DNA of 62,620 bases, the filler included, from Malassezia furfur (lineage: Eukaryota): assembly GCA_052055015.1 (NCBI GenBank). It is 17 parts of 17 records of this genome, joined end to end, with 100 filler letters (N's around TTAATTAATTAA, not from the genome) between each part and the next. Parts side by side here need not be neighbours in the genome. Positions count along the whole stretch, not along the records: positions 18,676 to 22,302 come from JBQJIT010000751.1; positions 22,403 to 26,020 come from JBQJIT010000752.1; positions 26,121 to 29,720 come from JBQJIT010000753.1; positions 29,821 to 33,416 come from JBQJIT010000754.1; 13 more parts are not named here. One strand, written 5' to 3'. Both the position numbers and the translations under genes were made by a program. This document shows, one piece after another, positions 19,926-31,338 of the stretch. Numbering within the stretch: the stretch's first letter is position 1; each line of letters opens with the position of its first letter. The notes under the pieces were generated by a model, which was not told the origin of the DNA, did no database searches, and saw only the letters and a program-made list of their open reading frames with translations.

Positions 19926-22302
19926 TCACGCGCGACTCGACTCTGGCTTGAGCGGCTTGACCTTGAATTCGGCCAGCATGCAGATATGGCTGCGGGGTTA
20001 GTCGCGCATGCGCTGCGCCATACGTACTCGGACGGGAAGTGGGCGTTGGGGAACCCCACGACGCGCGAGAGGTACGCGGGGTCGACTTCGCCCAGCACCC
20101 CCGTGTTGGCGAGGGTGTTGGACGAGTACCAGATATAGTCAATCACCCCCCGGAAGCCTGGGGTCCAGTTGGTGACGGGTAGTTCGCCAATGTTGCCGTA
20201 CGCGCTGCGCAGCGCGTAGTTGTGATGGAGGCCCTCAGAGGTGTAGGTGCCGTACGTGTGGTCCATAAAGTCGGGGTGGTCCGGCGCCGTGTCGCCGCGG
20301 CTCAGGAACTCGTATACGCCGCTGTCCGGCGTCGAGTTGAAGTCGCCGCAGATCACCATGGGGATCTGCTTGCCGTTGGCGTACTTGGGCGGCACCACGC
20401 CCGGCTCGAGCTGCGTCTGGGTCGGCATGCGCGCAAAGCGGTTGCCGATCGTCTCGAGCTGCTCCATGAGCATTGCGGCCTGCACCAGCTTCACATCACG
20501 GAACTCGGGGTCCCAGTGGACGTGGGCGTTGGCGAGCAGCAGCTTGGCGCCGGTCGCGCGGTGCTCGAGCAGGGCAATCGCCGCGACGTTGTCCTTGGTC
20601 ATGACGCGATTGAAGATGTCCTCCGTCTTTTTAAAGTCGGGGCGCTGCAGCGCGATCTGGTTGAACTCGATCAGCTGCTTATCCACGAGGCGGTACTGGC
20701 GCGTGTTGAAAAAGGTCGCGCACCCGTCGACGTGCTTGCGCTCGTCCTCGCGCATCGTCCGCGCACGTGACTTGGGCCAAAAGAGGCCCTCGTAGTCGCT
20801 CTGCTGCAGCTTGGGCGCAAAGTAGTCTTCGTACTGGCCCATCTCCACCTCTTGCAGGCAGCAAATGTCGGCGTTGTAGCTCATGATCTCTTGCAGGATA
20901 AACTCCTTGCGGTAGTCCCACACGAGCGCCCAGCTCGGCGTGTAGCCGTACATTTGTCGCGTTGCATACTTTTCGCACAGCACGTTGTACGACAGCACGG
21001 CAAACGTTGTGTCCGGCTCGTCGTCGCCCGGGGGCGGCACGTCATGGTCGATCGCGATCCACTCGCGCTCCGGCGGCGGCACCGACACGGGGCAGGAGTC
21101 GCGGAGGAACGCGATCAGCGCCGGGGTCCCCTCGTGCTGCACGAGACTCATGAGGTTCTCTTGCAGCGGGTTGCCCTCGATGCCCAGCATCTCGAGCTGG
21201 TACAGCGTGCCGAGCTCGGGCGGAAGCACAGTGAGGCAGTTGTCGAACAAGAACAGTGCCTTGAGCTCGATCAGCATGCCGAGCTCCGGCGGAAGCATCA
21301 CCAGCTTATTGCTGCTCGCGTCCAGGATGGTCAGGTTGCGCAGCTGCACGATCGCCGGCGAGAGCGTGGTCAGGTTGTTGTGGTTAATAAAGAGCGACGT
21401 GAGGAAAGTGTAGCGGAACACCTCGGCGCCCAAGTTCTTCAGGCTGAGGCCGCCCATGTCGATGATCGACCACGACTGCTCCAACTCGTCCTCGTCGGGC
21501 TTGATCGGCGCAGTGCGCTGCCCGGGCGGCTTCGACGGGCTCGCCATGACGCTTGCATCGTCGCCTGCCCTGCTGGCGTCCGGCTGCAGCGGGAACGACA
21601 GCCCGTTGGCCGCTGCCCCCGCCGGAAGCTGGATCGCCTTTTTGGGGTCCTGCCCAGCGCTCGCCGAGCTCCGTGCGGCAAGCGCGGCGGCGCGCGCGTG
21701 GTGGTGCGGCGCAAAGGACTGCCGCGAGATCTCAGCACAGTACAGTTGCTGCTGCCACTCGGGCGCCGTGCCGACGGCTGCGCTGGGCGTGCTCGTCGTG
21801 CGCGGCTGTGTGCGCGGCGTCGCAGCGGGCGACATGCCAGCCGACATCATGGCAGCCATGTGCGGAGACGACGCCATGGCAGTCGTGTACCCCGGTGACG
21901 ATGGCACGCCGCCGGCGCTCACCGCGTGCCCCAATGACGGGGGCAGCGACGAGAGCGGCGGGGTGTTGGTGTTCTGCGCCAGGTGCGTCTGGCGCGACGG
22001 ATAGCGCGACATCCAATTGATGTTGGCGCTGTCGTAGCGCGCACCGCCGAATTGCGACGCGTGTCCATACGCACCCGCGTTCGCGCCGGGCACCCCGGAC
22101 GACGCGCCGCCGGCCCCGGCCCCAGTGGAGGAGGCAGGCACGGCGCCGGCGCCGCTCAGGACGCCGAGATCGTTGAGTGACACGGTGTTCCCGAGCGAAC
22201 CGAGATGGTGCGACTGGGAGCGTGGGGTGAACGTATTAGACGCGAGTTGTTGCGGGTGGTTGAGGTACACATACGCATTCGACGCCGCGCCGGGCGGGGG
22301 AG
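19926..22302 (-). CDS. CCR4: Ccr4 deadenylase (LRR + EEP nuclease), 5' truncated
   Basis: LRRs, SYNVL, CLQEV, ICGDFNS, IDYIWY; the 38-nt intron 19990-20027 restores the catalytic PSDH and ends the protein at KPESSRA-TGA. Confidence 0.95.
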
Positions 22303-22402
22303 NNNNNNNNNNNNNNNNNNNNNNNNNNNNNNNNNNNNNNNNNNNNTTAATTAATTAANNNNNNNNNNNNNNNNNNNNNNNNNNNNNNNNNNNNNNNNNN
22401 NN

Positions 22403-22585
22403 ATCCAGCCGTACCGCCACGGCGTCGACACGCCGACGGGCAGCCCGCCGCGCTCGCACGCCGGCACGCCGCTGCCCGCGGCGCATATGCCCGGCGCCGT
22501 GCACGAGGCGCACCCCGCCGAGCCGCACGCGGCGCCGGCGCCGAGCCCGCTGCGCCACGTCTCGGGTGGGGCCGCGGCAGAGTAG
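22403..22585 (+). CDS. PRS: C-terminal tail of the PRS gene broken at 3747
   Basis: 22403-22457 is the exact reverse complement of 3747-3801; the frame continues [21 protein letters not shown]...GGAAAE-TAG. Confidence 0.9.
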   Translation: MQPYRHGVDTPTGSPPRSHAGTPLPAAHMPGAVHEAHPAEPHAAPAPSPLRHVSGGAAAE

Positions 22586-22614
22586 ACTGGTAGCGCCTAC
22601 AAGAGAGTCACTAG

Positions 22615-24360
22615 CTAGCCCGCGCGTACGACGTCGCGCGCCGAGGGCAGGTTGTGCCGCAGCCGGTCGACCAGGTCGGTGAGGTGCGGCGAGTGCGGCG
22701 ACTGCGGTGACTGCGGCGACTGCGAGTGCAGCGGCGAGTTGGTCCCGTCGTGGCGCCCGGACGCCTGGCGCAGCGGGCGCGTCGGGTCCGCCTGCTGCGC
22801 GAGGTGCCCGAGATTGTGTACAATCTTGTCCCAGCGCTTGCGTGCGACGTTGGAGCGCTGCCGCGACGAGTCGTCCGTGAGCGGCGGCGAGGGCGGCAGC
22901 CGGTTGTCGGTCGTGGGCCCCAGGTGCCCCTCGAAGAGCTCGTCGATGAGCTGCTCCGTGTTCGTGTCGCAGTACGCCATGCGTGGGCCCGAAGCGTCGC
23001 CCGCGATCAGCCCGAGACACCCCTTCATCGGGCACAGCGCCTCGCGGTCGCTCGCCAGCAGATGCTCCCGCGGCACCGCCGTCGAGCGGTACAGCTGCGA
23101 GGTCGGCAGCTTGTAGTGCCACTCGAGCCCCGGCGCGTCGTTCAGTGCGTCGTCGCGCTCGCTGCGCAGCACCGCGTCCGCATGGCCCGCGTCCTCCGAG
23201 AGGCCCGCGACGTCGCCTGCGCCGGGCGTCATGATGCTCGCCAGGTCGACGATGCCGTCGCGGATCGGCGGCACGCGGTACAGCACGGGCGTCGTGCCGA
23301 GGAAGCGCATCTCGACCGTGATGCGCAGCAGCACGTTCGCCAGGCACTCGTCCAGCAGGTACTGCCGCGTCTCGGTGCGCGTGCCGCTCGTCGACATGCC
23401 GCTGTGCGTCGAGGACGCCGAGGACGCCGGCGGCGCCGCAGGCGACTCGGGCGCGTACTCGGCCAGGTTCAAGTGCACCGTGCCGAGCGTCGACTGCTCC
23501 TCGCCCGCCTGGGAACGGACGCCGGTGACGACGCGCACCTGCTGCAGCACCTTGATCGCCAGCTCCGCGTCGCCCAGGAGCCCCGCGGTGGGCGAATCCA
23601 CCCGTGGGCTCCGCGTGCCGTCGGCGTCGCGCTCGCGCTCGCCCTCCACGGGCGCCACGCGCTTCCCGATCGGGACACGTATGACTACGTCAAACTTGCG
23701 GTCGAACTTGGCCGTATGGTCGTGCACGCGCGCAAACGACGTCTGGCCCCGCGGCTCGGTCGGCTGCGCCGAGAGCGTGCTGCGCCCCGACAGCGAGCCG
23801 GCGCGGTGCCGCATGCGCCGCGACTCGTTGCACTCGCGCAGCTGCCGCAGGCGGTGCCACGTCGGCTCCTGCGGCGAGCGCGGCGCGTCGGGCGCCGCCT
23901 CGGCCAGACTCTCCGCGGAGCGGTTCGTCGGCGTGCTTGGGCTCGTAGGGACCGCGCTCGGTGGGCCCGTGCGCGGCGTCATGCCGAGATCGCGCGCCGC
24001 CGCGACCACCGGGGACCCAGGCACGGGGCTCGTGGGCGCCGAGCCCTCGGCGGCCCGCAGACCGTCGCTCGACACGGACTCGGGGCTCTGGACCACACGC
24101 GAACTATCGGAGCGGCGCACGCCCAGACTCTCGGTCGATGTATTGACCGAGAGCTTCGGCGACCGGTCGTCGTGCTCGTTGACGAGCTGGTGCGACAGGT
24201 GGCCCTTGCGTCCGGAGCTCGATGCGGCATGCTGCACCTTCCACGTGAGCCCAAACTCGCCCTGGAGCAGCGGGATATTGATGAGCTCATGCAGCGTGAT
24301 CGTCGCAGAAAAGTAGGCGTGCTTGTGCCCGTGCTGGAACGGGCTCAGCAGCGAGCTCAT
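22615..24360 (-). CDS. NT-C2 (EEIG1/FAM102-type) domain protein
   Basis: YFSATITLHELINIPLLQGEFGLTWK...LGTVHLNLAEYA...TRQYLLDECLANVLLRITV. Confidence 0.75.
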   Translation of the reverse strand: MSSLLSPFQHGHKHAYFSATITLHELINIPLLQGEFGLTWKVQHAASSSGRKGHLSHQLVNEHDDRSPKLSVNTSTESLGVRRSDSSRVVQSPESVSSDGLRAAEGSAPTSPVPGSPVVAAARDLGMTPRTGPPSAVPTSPSTPTNRSAESLAEAAPDAPRSPQEPTWHRLRQLRECNESRRMRHRAGSLSGRSTLSAQPTEPRGQTSFARVHDHTAKFDRKFDVVIRVPIGKRVAPVEGERERDADGTRSPRVDSPTAGLLGDAELAIKVLQQVRVVTGVRSQAGEEQSTLGTVHLNLAEYAPESPAAPPASSASSTHSGMSTSGTRTETRQYLLDECLANVLLRITVEMRFLGTTPVLYRVPPIRDGIVDLASIMTPGAGDVAGLSEDAGHADAVLRSERDDALNDAPGLEWHYKLPTSQLYRSTAVPREHLLASDREALCPMKGCLGLIAGDASGPRMAYCDTNTEQLIDELFEGHLGPTTDNRLPPSPPLTDDSSRQRSNVARKRWDKIVHNLGHLAQQADPTRPLRQASGRHDGTNSPLHSQSPQSPQSPHSPHLTDLVDRLRHNLPSARDVVRAG

Positions 24361-24556
24361 ATTGGGGCCCGGGCGACGTCGCGCGCGCAATCAGGGCTCG
24401 TGTCCAGCGGGGCGTGCAGGCAACCTGGGTGGAGGCGCCCTCCGGGGGTGGTGTGGCAAAAGAGGCGCAGGGCGCGCCTCCACCTTGGGCGCGCGCCCAG
24501 GACCAGGGGCGGGGGAAGCAGGGGGAAGAACACAGGAACACCACCACGTACATAGA

Positions 24557-26020
24557 CTACGACTTCTCCTCGAGCACGACCGACTTGCGCGCAGCTTTCG
24601 GCTTCTTGGAGCCGCTCTTGGTATGCTTGCGCCGCCGGTCTTCCTTGACGCGCGCCGCCTCGGTCATGGTATGCTGCAGCTTCTGCGCACTGCGGATCGG
24701 CTTGGGCACATGGCGCTGGCGCTCGATCTTGGCCACGTCGCCCACAGAGCTCCAGCGCTTGCGCAGCGCCTGTGCATAGTCGCGGCTCGCGCGCTCGCGG
24801 CCCGACACGATCCCGAGCTTGTCGCTAGCCTGCGCCTTCCAAATACGCAAATTGCCGTCATCGCTGCCGCTCAGCACAAAGCGCGCATCGAGCGTGTAGG
24901 ACACGGCAAACACCTTCTGCATGCGCTTCGTGTGGTAGATATCGCGCGAGCGCGCACCCTTGCCGACGTCCCACAGGCGCACGGTGCGGTCGTACGAGCC
25001 GGTGACGAGCCCCTGGCCCGTCGGCGCATAGTCCACCGACATCACCGCCCCGACGTGGCCCTTGTAGATCTGCGTCGCGGACGACAGGTTGCGCATGTCG
25101 AACGTGTACATGTTGTGGTCCTCGCTCGCGACCGCAAACGTCGTCGGCTCGAGCGGCGACCACGCCAAGTCGTTCGCGCGCATCGACAGCACCACCTTGG
25201 TCAGCGGCTTGCCGCTGCGCAGGTCGTACAGCGTAATGCCGCGGTCCGCGCCGGCGCTCGCCAGCACATCCGTCTCGCTCTGGTTGAAGCGCACGACATG
25301 CACCGGGTCGGGGCCCATGGCCATCGTCGTCAGCGCGTCCGAACCGCCGCCGCGGTTCAGGTCCCAGACCTGCACCGCGTTCGACGCCGAGGCAAAGCGC
25401 GGGAGATGCGCGTGCGTCGAGAGCGAGTTGAACGCCGACTTGCCGTTGTACACCGTAAGCGGCTCGCTCGGCGGCAGCTCGCGCGGCTGGATGCTGAACA
25501 GGTTGGGGTCGCGCGTGCCCGACACCTCGTCGTCGCTCTCGTCGTCGTCGTGGGTATACTCGGCAAACTCGCCCACCGAGTCCGAGACGGGGTCGGCGTT
25601 CCATACTTTGACGGTGCGGTCCACCGAGCACGACAGCATGCGCTTGCCGCCCGGCGCGTCGTGCGCGGATGCGCCGCCGTTGAACGTGAGGGGGGAGATG
25701 GTCAGCGACGAGATGATGCCCGCGTGGGCGCGCCGGTAGGTGTACAGGCACCGCTGGTGGTTCAGGTCCCAGAGCCGGATTTCTGCGTCAGCGCTCGCCG
25801 AGGAACGTACCTCCGTCGCCACTGCCGCTCGCCATGATATCCAGGCGCTTCGGGTTGCGGCACAGCGAGTAGATGCCGTCGATGTGCCCCTCGAGCGCGG
25901 CCACAAACGGCTTCGCAAACAGGCGGTCGAGCTTGGCCGCATTCAGCGCACGCGTGTACTCGCGCGGCTTCTCAAACGGGTGCATATTCGGGTCGAGATT
26001 GCGCTGCACCGGCGCCGCAT
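24557..26020 (-). CDS. SOF1: Sof1/DCAF13 SSU processome WD40 protein, 5' truncated
   Basis: HPFEKPREYTRALNAAKLDRLFAKPF, YHTKRMQKVF, SGSDDGNLRIWKA; 28-nt intron 25783-25810. Confidence 0.96.
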
Positions 26021-26120
26021 NNNNNNNNNNNNNNNNNNNNNNNNNNNNNNNNNNNNNNNNNNNNTTAATTAATTAANNNNNNNNNNNNNNNNNNNNNNNN
26101 NNNNNNNNNNNNNNNNNNNN

Positions 26121-26484
26121 GCCCATCCCCGGGAGGCGCAAACCAGGGTGGAGGTTCCCCCGCGCGGTGCGGCGGTGCCGATGAGCGACGCGTTCCCGAA
26201 CCCGACCGCCCCGCCTGCGGCGCGCGCCGAGCCGCACGGCGGGCGGTATGTGGGACGCTGTGCCACGAATGTGCGTACCCTTGGCCTATGCCGGATCGCG
26301 TGTCTATCCTGTGTGTGCTATGTGACGGGCCGAGATCGCAGCGATCTGTGGTTAGTGCTGCTCTTGGCACGCGAGAGTCAGGTCGAATGGTTCGTCGACG
26401 CCCCAGAGGAGCTCGGATAATGTGGATAAGATTAAAGAATAGATCATCCCATCGACGCCATGGACTCGGACACCTACCTGTCAT
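26121..26484 (-). other. Spliced snoRNA host transcript (coding status unknown), divergent from RRP40
   Basis: ATGACAG|GTAGGT...CTAACCACAG| (intron 26346-26477), exon 26279-26345, second donor GTACGC at 26278; the spliced peptide MTDRCDLGPSH... is not recognisable. Confidence 0.6.
26375..26453 (-). ncRNA. Box C/D snoRNA, snR62/U34 (SNORD34)-like
   Basis: C box GGGATGA (26450-26444), guide CTTATCCACATTAT, D' CCGA, stem-loop GCTCC-TCT-GGGGC, C' TCGACGA, D box CTGA (26381-26378). The guide is complementary to the conserved LSU segment AUAAUGUAGAUAAG (recalled) at all but one position. Confidence 0.75.
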
Positions 26485-26570
26485 GGACGGCAAGAGGCAC
26501 GCGTGCAAAGAAAAAAGCGCGAATTCGCCGAAATGCGGCGCCTCCACATCACGCCCGTCGTCCAGCCAGC

Positions 26571-27395
26571 ATGGTCGTGGTGCTGCCGGGCGATGTGATA
26601 CCCCAAGCGAGTGAGGCGGTCAAGTTGGGCCCTGGCGTGCTGTACACGCCGACGCAAGCGCGCGCATCGGCGGACGAGCTCTCGCTTACTGCGATCCAGG
26701 GCGGTGCGCTGGGCCATGTCGAGACGAAGCAACGAAGCAAGGCGCCGAAAGGCGAAAAACGCGCGGCGGGCGCCGCGCCCACGACCGTCCATGGGTGGTG
26801 GGTCGACAGCCCTGCGCGGCGGTACGTCCCAGCGGCAGACGACCTGGTGATTGGCCAGGTGACGAACCGCGGCGTCGAGTCGTACACCGTGACGCTCTTT
26901 TCCGCGCACAGTGCGTCGCTGCCTGTGCTGGCGTTCGAGGGCGCGACGCGGCGCAACCGGCCGAACCTGGAGGCGGGCGCGCTGGTGTATGCGCGTGTCG
27001 TGAGTGCGGAGCCGTGGGCGGAGCCGGAGCTGAGCTGCGTCGATGCGGTGAGCGGCAAAGCCGAAGGCCTCGGCGAGCTCAAACGCGAGGCGGAGCAAGG
27101 CGTGACGATGGTTTGGCCCGTGAGTCTGCGCCTGGCGCACGCGCTGTACAACCCCAAGCATACGCTGCTTGCGCACGTCGCGTCGCACTTTCCGTTTGAG
27201 GCGGCGATCGGTCTGAATGGCCTCGTGTGGGTGCGGACGGCGACGCCGGCGCAGGCGGTGGCGCTCGGTGCGGTGCTGCGTGCGGCGGACGCCGCCGAGG
27301 CGCCTGCGGAGCCCATGGAGGACGATGCGCCGGTGAGCGGTGCGCGGCTGCGGGGCGAGCTGCGTGCCGAGGAAGTAGCGCGCTACCTTTCGTAG
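26571..27395 (+). CDS. RRP40: Exosome subunit Rrp40
   Basis: VLPGD, KLGPG, RRYVPAADDLVIG, LAFEGATRRNRPNL...LVYARV, FEAAIGLNGLVWV. Confidence 0.93.
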   Translation: MVVVLPGDVIPQASEAVKLGPGVLYTPTQARASADELSLTAIQGGALGHVETKQRSKAPKGEKRAAGAAPTTVHGWWVDSPARRYVPAADDLVIGQVTNRGVESYTVTLFSAHSASLPVLAFEGATRRNRPNLEAGALVYARVVSAEPWAEPELSCVDAVSGKAEGLGELKREAEQGVTMVWPVSLRLAHALYNPKHTLLAHVASHFPFEAAIGLNGLVWVRTATPAQAVALGAVLRAADAAEAPAEPMEDDAPVSGARLRGELRAEEVARYLS

Positions 27396-27396
27396 A

Positions 27397-29720
27397 CTAT
27401 GGTCGTTGCGAGCGTCCGAGGGCGGCGCCGAGCATGCTGCCGAAGCGCATCCAGTCCGGCAGGCGTGCGGCCGCCGCGTTGGTGGGCGTGGTGGGCGTGA
27501 GCGAGGCGGTGGCGTGCGCCGAGCCGTCTGCGTCGTGGGCGTCGTCGCGTGCGGTGCGGCGCTCGCTCGGGAGCTCCGGGGGGGCGTAGGTGTCGGCCGC
27601 GGGGTCCATGGACCAGTGCGAGAGCGCCGAGGTGGTCGGCAGCGGCTCGGGCTCGCGGTCGATCGCCGCGAGGAAGGCCTCGACGAACGGCGTCTGGTCG
27701 AGGCGCTTGAGGCCCTTGAGGTCGAGCACCTTTTGGAAGTTGCCGAGCGACTGGTCGTGGAGGTGCGTACGGTAGGCGTGCACGAGCGCGTCCGGCTGTG
27801 GCGCGTCGTCCGGCACGGCCGCGAGCACCGCGAGCACCGGCGCGACGCGCGCGATCTGCTTGTCGACGATGCGGTCGTACGCGGCGTGCATCGCGGCGAG
27901 GTTCGGCGTGCCGCTCCAGACGTGCGTGCCGAACTGCGGCAGCTCGCGCAGGAGCGTCGCGAGCGCGTCGACGTCCGCGCGCAGCTGCGCCGCGACGCAC
28001 TGGCGCACGGGCCGCAGGCGAACGATCGTGTGCACGAAGCGCGTCACGACGATCGCGACCGCCTTGTCGCACCAGCTGCGCACCACGCGCTTGTTCTCTA
28101 CCTCGTGGCGCACCACGACGCCGACGTGCTCGAGTGCGGCGGCGAGCGCGTCCATGTACGGCGAGCGCTCCGTGACGTGCTCGACGTGCGCCCACGGCAC
28201 CTCGGGGCGGAGCATCTGCTGGAACGCGGCGTCCGTCGCGTGGTGCAGCGCGCGGCACAGGTGCTGCAGCGCGCCGGCGACCACTGCGTAGAACGCCTGG
28301 CGCTCGCCGTCGAGCGACACGGGGTGGGTGTCGGCGTCGCGCACCTTTTCGTTGAGCTTCTGCTCGAGCTGTGTGCAGGTGGTCGCGCAGTAGTCGGCCG
28401 TGTTCAGCGCGACGCACACGGCGCGGACGTGCGCGTCGGCGTCTGCGTGGCGCTGGGCGAGCGCCGGCTGGAGGACGTCGGCGACGTAGCGGCGCAGCCA
28501 GCGCGCGAAGAGCGCCGCGAGCTCGCGGAACGGCGCGTGCTCGCCGAGCTGTGCGCACCGCTCGAGCGTCTGCCGGTAGAACCAGAACAGCTCGGTGGAC
28601 GAGAGGAGCACCTTCATGGGCTCCTCGGCGTGGTGTGCGACCTGGGCCTCGAAGCTGCCGGCGGGCGCCTCGCTGGTGGAGGCGTGCGCCCCGAACTGCG
28701 CAAAGAGCTCGCCGAGGCGCCGCTCCTGCGCGTCCACGAACACGTGCAGGTACGGCGTGAACGACGCGGTGATCGTCAGCGGCTGCCCGGCGGCGGCGGC
28801 GGCGGTGCGGTGCGCCGCGACGACCTCGGCGAACGGTCGCGCGTACTGCCGCGCGACCTGGGCCTCGAACTCGTTTGTGGCGTTCAGCGCGCCGAGCAGC
28901 AGGTCGGCGTCGAGGCGCGGCTGCTGCCGCACCAGCACGCTCTTGAGGTCGTCGCGTGTGATCTCGGCAAAGAGCGACAGGAGGCGCTGGTCGACGTGCC
29001 ACGCCGGCAAGAACGCGGCGCTGTGCTCGTCCGCGTACGTGCGGAGCACGCGGCGGATCCACGCGTAGCGCCGCGCGACGTTGTCGAGCTGCCCCGCCTC
29101 GTCGACCGCGCGGAAGACGCGGCGGTACTCGCGGAGTTGGCGCGCGCAGTACCAGTCGATGAGCGCGGTGCGCGTCTCGTCGCCGAGCGCGTCAATCGCG
29201 CGCGCGGCGTCGGGCAGCGGCGTGTCGCTCGCGTCCCAGTGCGGGCGCGCGCTCTGGAACGCGTGCTCGTACGCGTGCATGGCCTTGCGCCGGAGGTCGT
29301 CGCGCAGTTCGTCGACGCGGCGCCGCTGCTGTGCGACGACCTCGACGGCGCTGTACGGCGCAAAGTACTCCAGGAGCGCCTGCACCGCCTGCAGCGTCTG
29401 GGCGGCGCTCGCAAACGCCTCGGCGGCGCACAGCTGCTCGAGGTGGAAGGTGGAGTTGACGAGCATCTGGAGGCGCTTGAGCGTCACGATCGAGTGCGCG
29501 ACGTTGCGCTTTGCGGTGTCGAGCCAGCGGATCTCGGCGGTGATGTCGCCGACGCTCGCCTCGGCGCGCGACGCGTGCGTCTCGAGGCGCGCGAGCGTCG
29601 CGAAGAGGGTGTCGGCGGCCTGGGCGCGTGCGGCGGTGTCGTGGAGCGCGCCGTCGGCGAGGCGCGTGCGCAGCTGCGCGGCCTCTTGCCGGTTCGCGTC
29701 GATGCGCGCGTCGAGCGCGG
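27397..29720 (-). CDS. VPS53: GARP complex subunit Vps53, 5' truncated
   Basis: LDTAKRNVAHSIVTLKRLQMLV, DEAGQLDNVARRYAW, LNTADYC, NFQKVLDLKG. Confidence 0.92.
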
Positions 29721-29820
29721 NNNNNNNNNNNNNNNNNNNNNNNNNNNNNNNNNNNNNNNNNNNNTTAATTAATTAANNNNNNNNNNNNNNNNNNNNNNNN
29801 NNNNNNNNNNNNNNNNNNNN

Positions 29821-31183
29821 GGCCAGGGATGGTATCGTACTGCGCCGCAGCGCCCTCGGGCTCGCGGCGCGCAAGCCCAGGGATCGCATCGTCGCCCCAG
29901 TCGTCCCAGCGCTCCTCTTGCTGCTCGCCCTTGGCGTCCTCCTGCGTGTTTTCGCCGGGACGCGAGCGCGACCAGAAGCGCGTCGAGTGGTCGTTGCTGC
30001 CCGACGCGAGCATGTGCCCGAGCGGGTGCCACGCAAGGCTCCAGATGTTCGACTCGTGCGCCTCGTCGGTGGTGTGCAGCGGCGTCGTGGGGTTCGACGC
30101 ACGCAGCGACCAGTGCAGCAGCGAGCCGTCGGACCCGCCCGAGGCAAGCAGGTCGTGGTGCACGGGGTGCCACGCGAGCGAGCACACCTCCTTGGCGTGC
30201 CCGCGGAATACGTAGAGCTCCTGCATTGCACGCACGTCGTAGATGCGGATCGACTGGTCGCGCGACGCGGTCGCGACCAGGTTCCCGTCCGGGCTCCATT
30301 GGCACGCTTGCACGGTGTTCTTGTGGCCGTGGTAGGTGCCGAGCTCGGTGCCTGAGCGCGGGTCCCAGAACTTGACGAGGTTGTCCTTGGAGCCGGACAC
30401 GAGCAGCGACTGCCACGGGTGCCAGTCGACGCACTTGACCTCCCAGCCGTGCCCCTTGAGCGTGGACTCTTCCTGTGCCTCGTCAAAGCTCCAGATCTTG
30501 AGCGTGCTGTCGTCGCTCGCACTCACGAACCGCTGGTCGTCCGGCGAGAAGCTCAGGCCGCGCGCCGCGTCGCGGTGGCCCGCAAACGCCTGCACGTTGT
30601 TCATGTTGTGCTGGAAGTACTTGATCTGCCCGTTCTGGTCCGCAGAGATGAGCCACACGCCGTTGTGCGACCACTCCATGGCACGCACCGCCGAGTCGTG
30701 CGCCTGGAGGATGGTCTCGAAGTGGAAGGTGAGGCCGTTCCACAGCGTGAACTCGCCGCTCGTCGAGCCCGTGAGCAGGCGGCGCCCGTCGGGGAGCCAG
30801 CACACCACGTTCACGGGGCACCGGATCTTGTTCGTCGACGTGTGCACGAGGACACTCGCGACCGACGAGGCAGACTCACCATACGCGTACGGCGGGAGCA
30901 GGCGTACCACCTGGTTGGGGCTCGGACGGAGGAAGACGTCGTTGCGTGCGCTCGCGCGCGTCGCGCGTGCGTGTGCCCAGGTCGGCAGCGTGCCCCAGTA
31001 GTCGACGGTGCGGCGCTGGAGGAAGCGGCGTGCGCGGCGCGGCTCAAAGCCGGCGGCGAGCGCCGTCGCGGTCGCCGCGGCCTCTTCGCGCTCGCGCGTG
31101 TCGAGCGGGGGCGCAGTGGGCGCGTCCTGGAACGCACGGGGCGCCCAGCGCGGCGTGGCCCGCGCGGCGAATTCGGCAGGCAT
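29821..31183 (-). CDS. PFS2: Polyadenylation factor Pfs2/WDR33, 3' truncated
   Basis: RRTVDY, HTSTNKIRCPVNVVCWLPDGRRLLTGSTSGEFTLWNGLTFHFETILQAHD, LASGSNDHSTRFWSR. Confidence 0.95.
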
Positions 31184-31338
31184 TCCCAGCGGCCCCGCGG
31201 CGAGCGCACCAAAGTGGAGGGGGGTGGCGCGCCGCAAAGCGCCGCCCGCCCGGCGCCTTCCTTCCACGCGAGCTTAGCTAACCAACACAATACGACGCTG
31301 CATTCCGAGTATGGATATTATTAGATCACGACCAAAAT

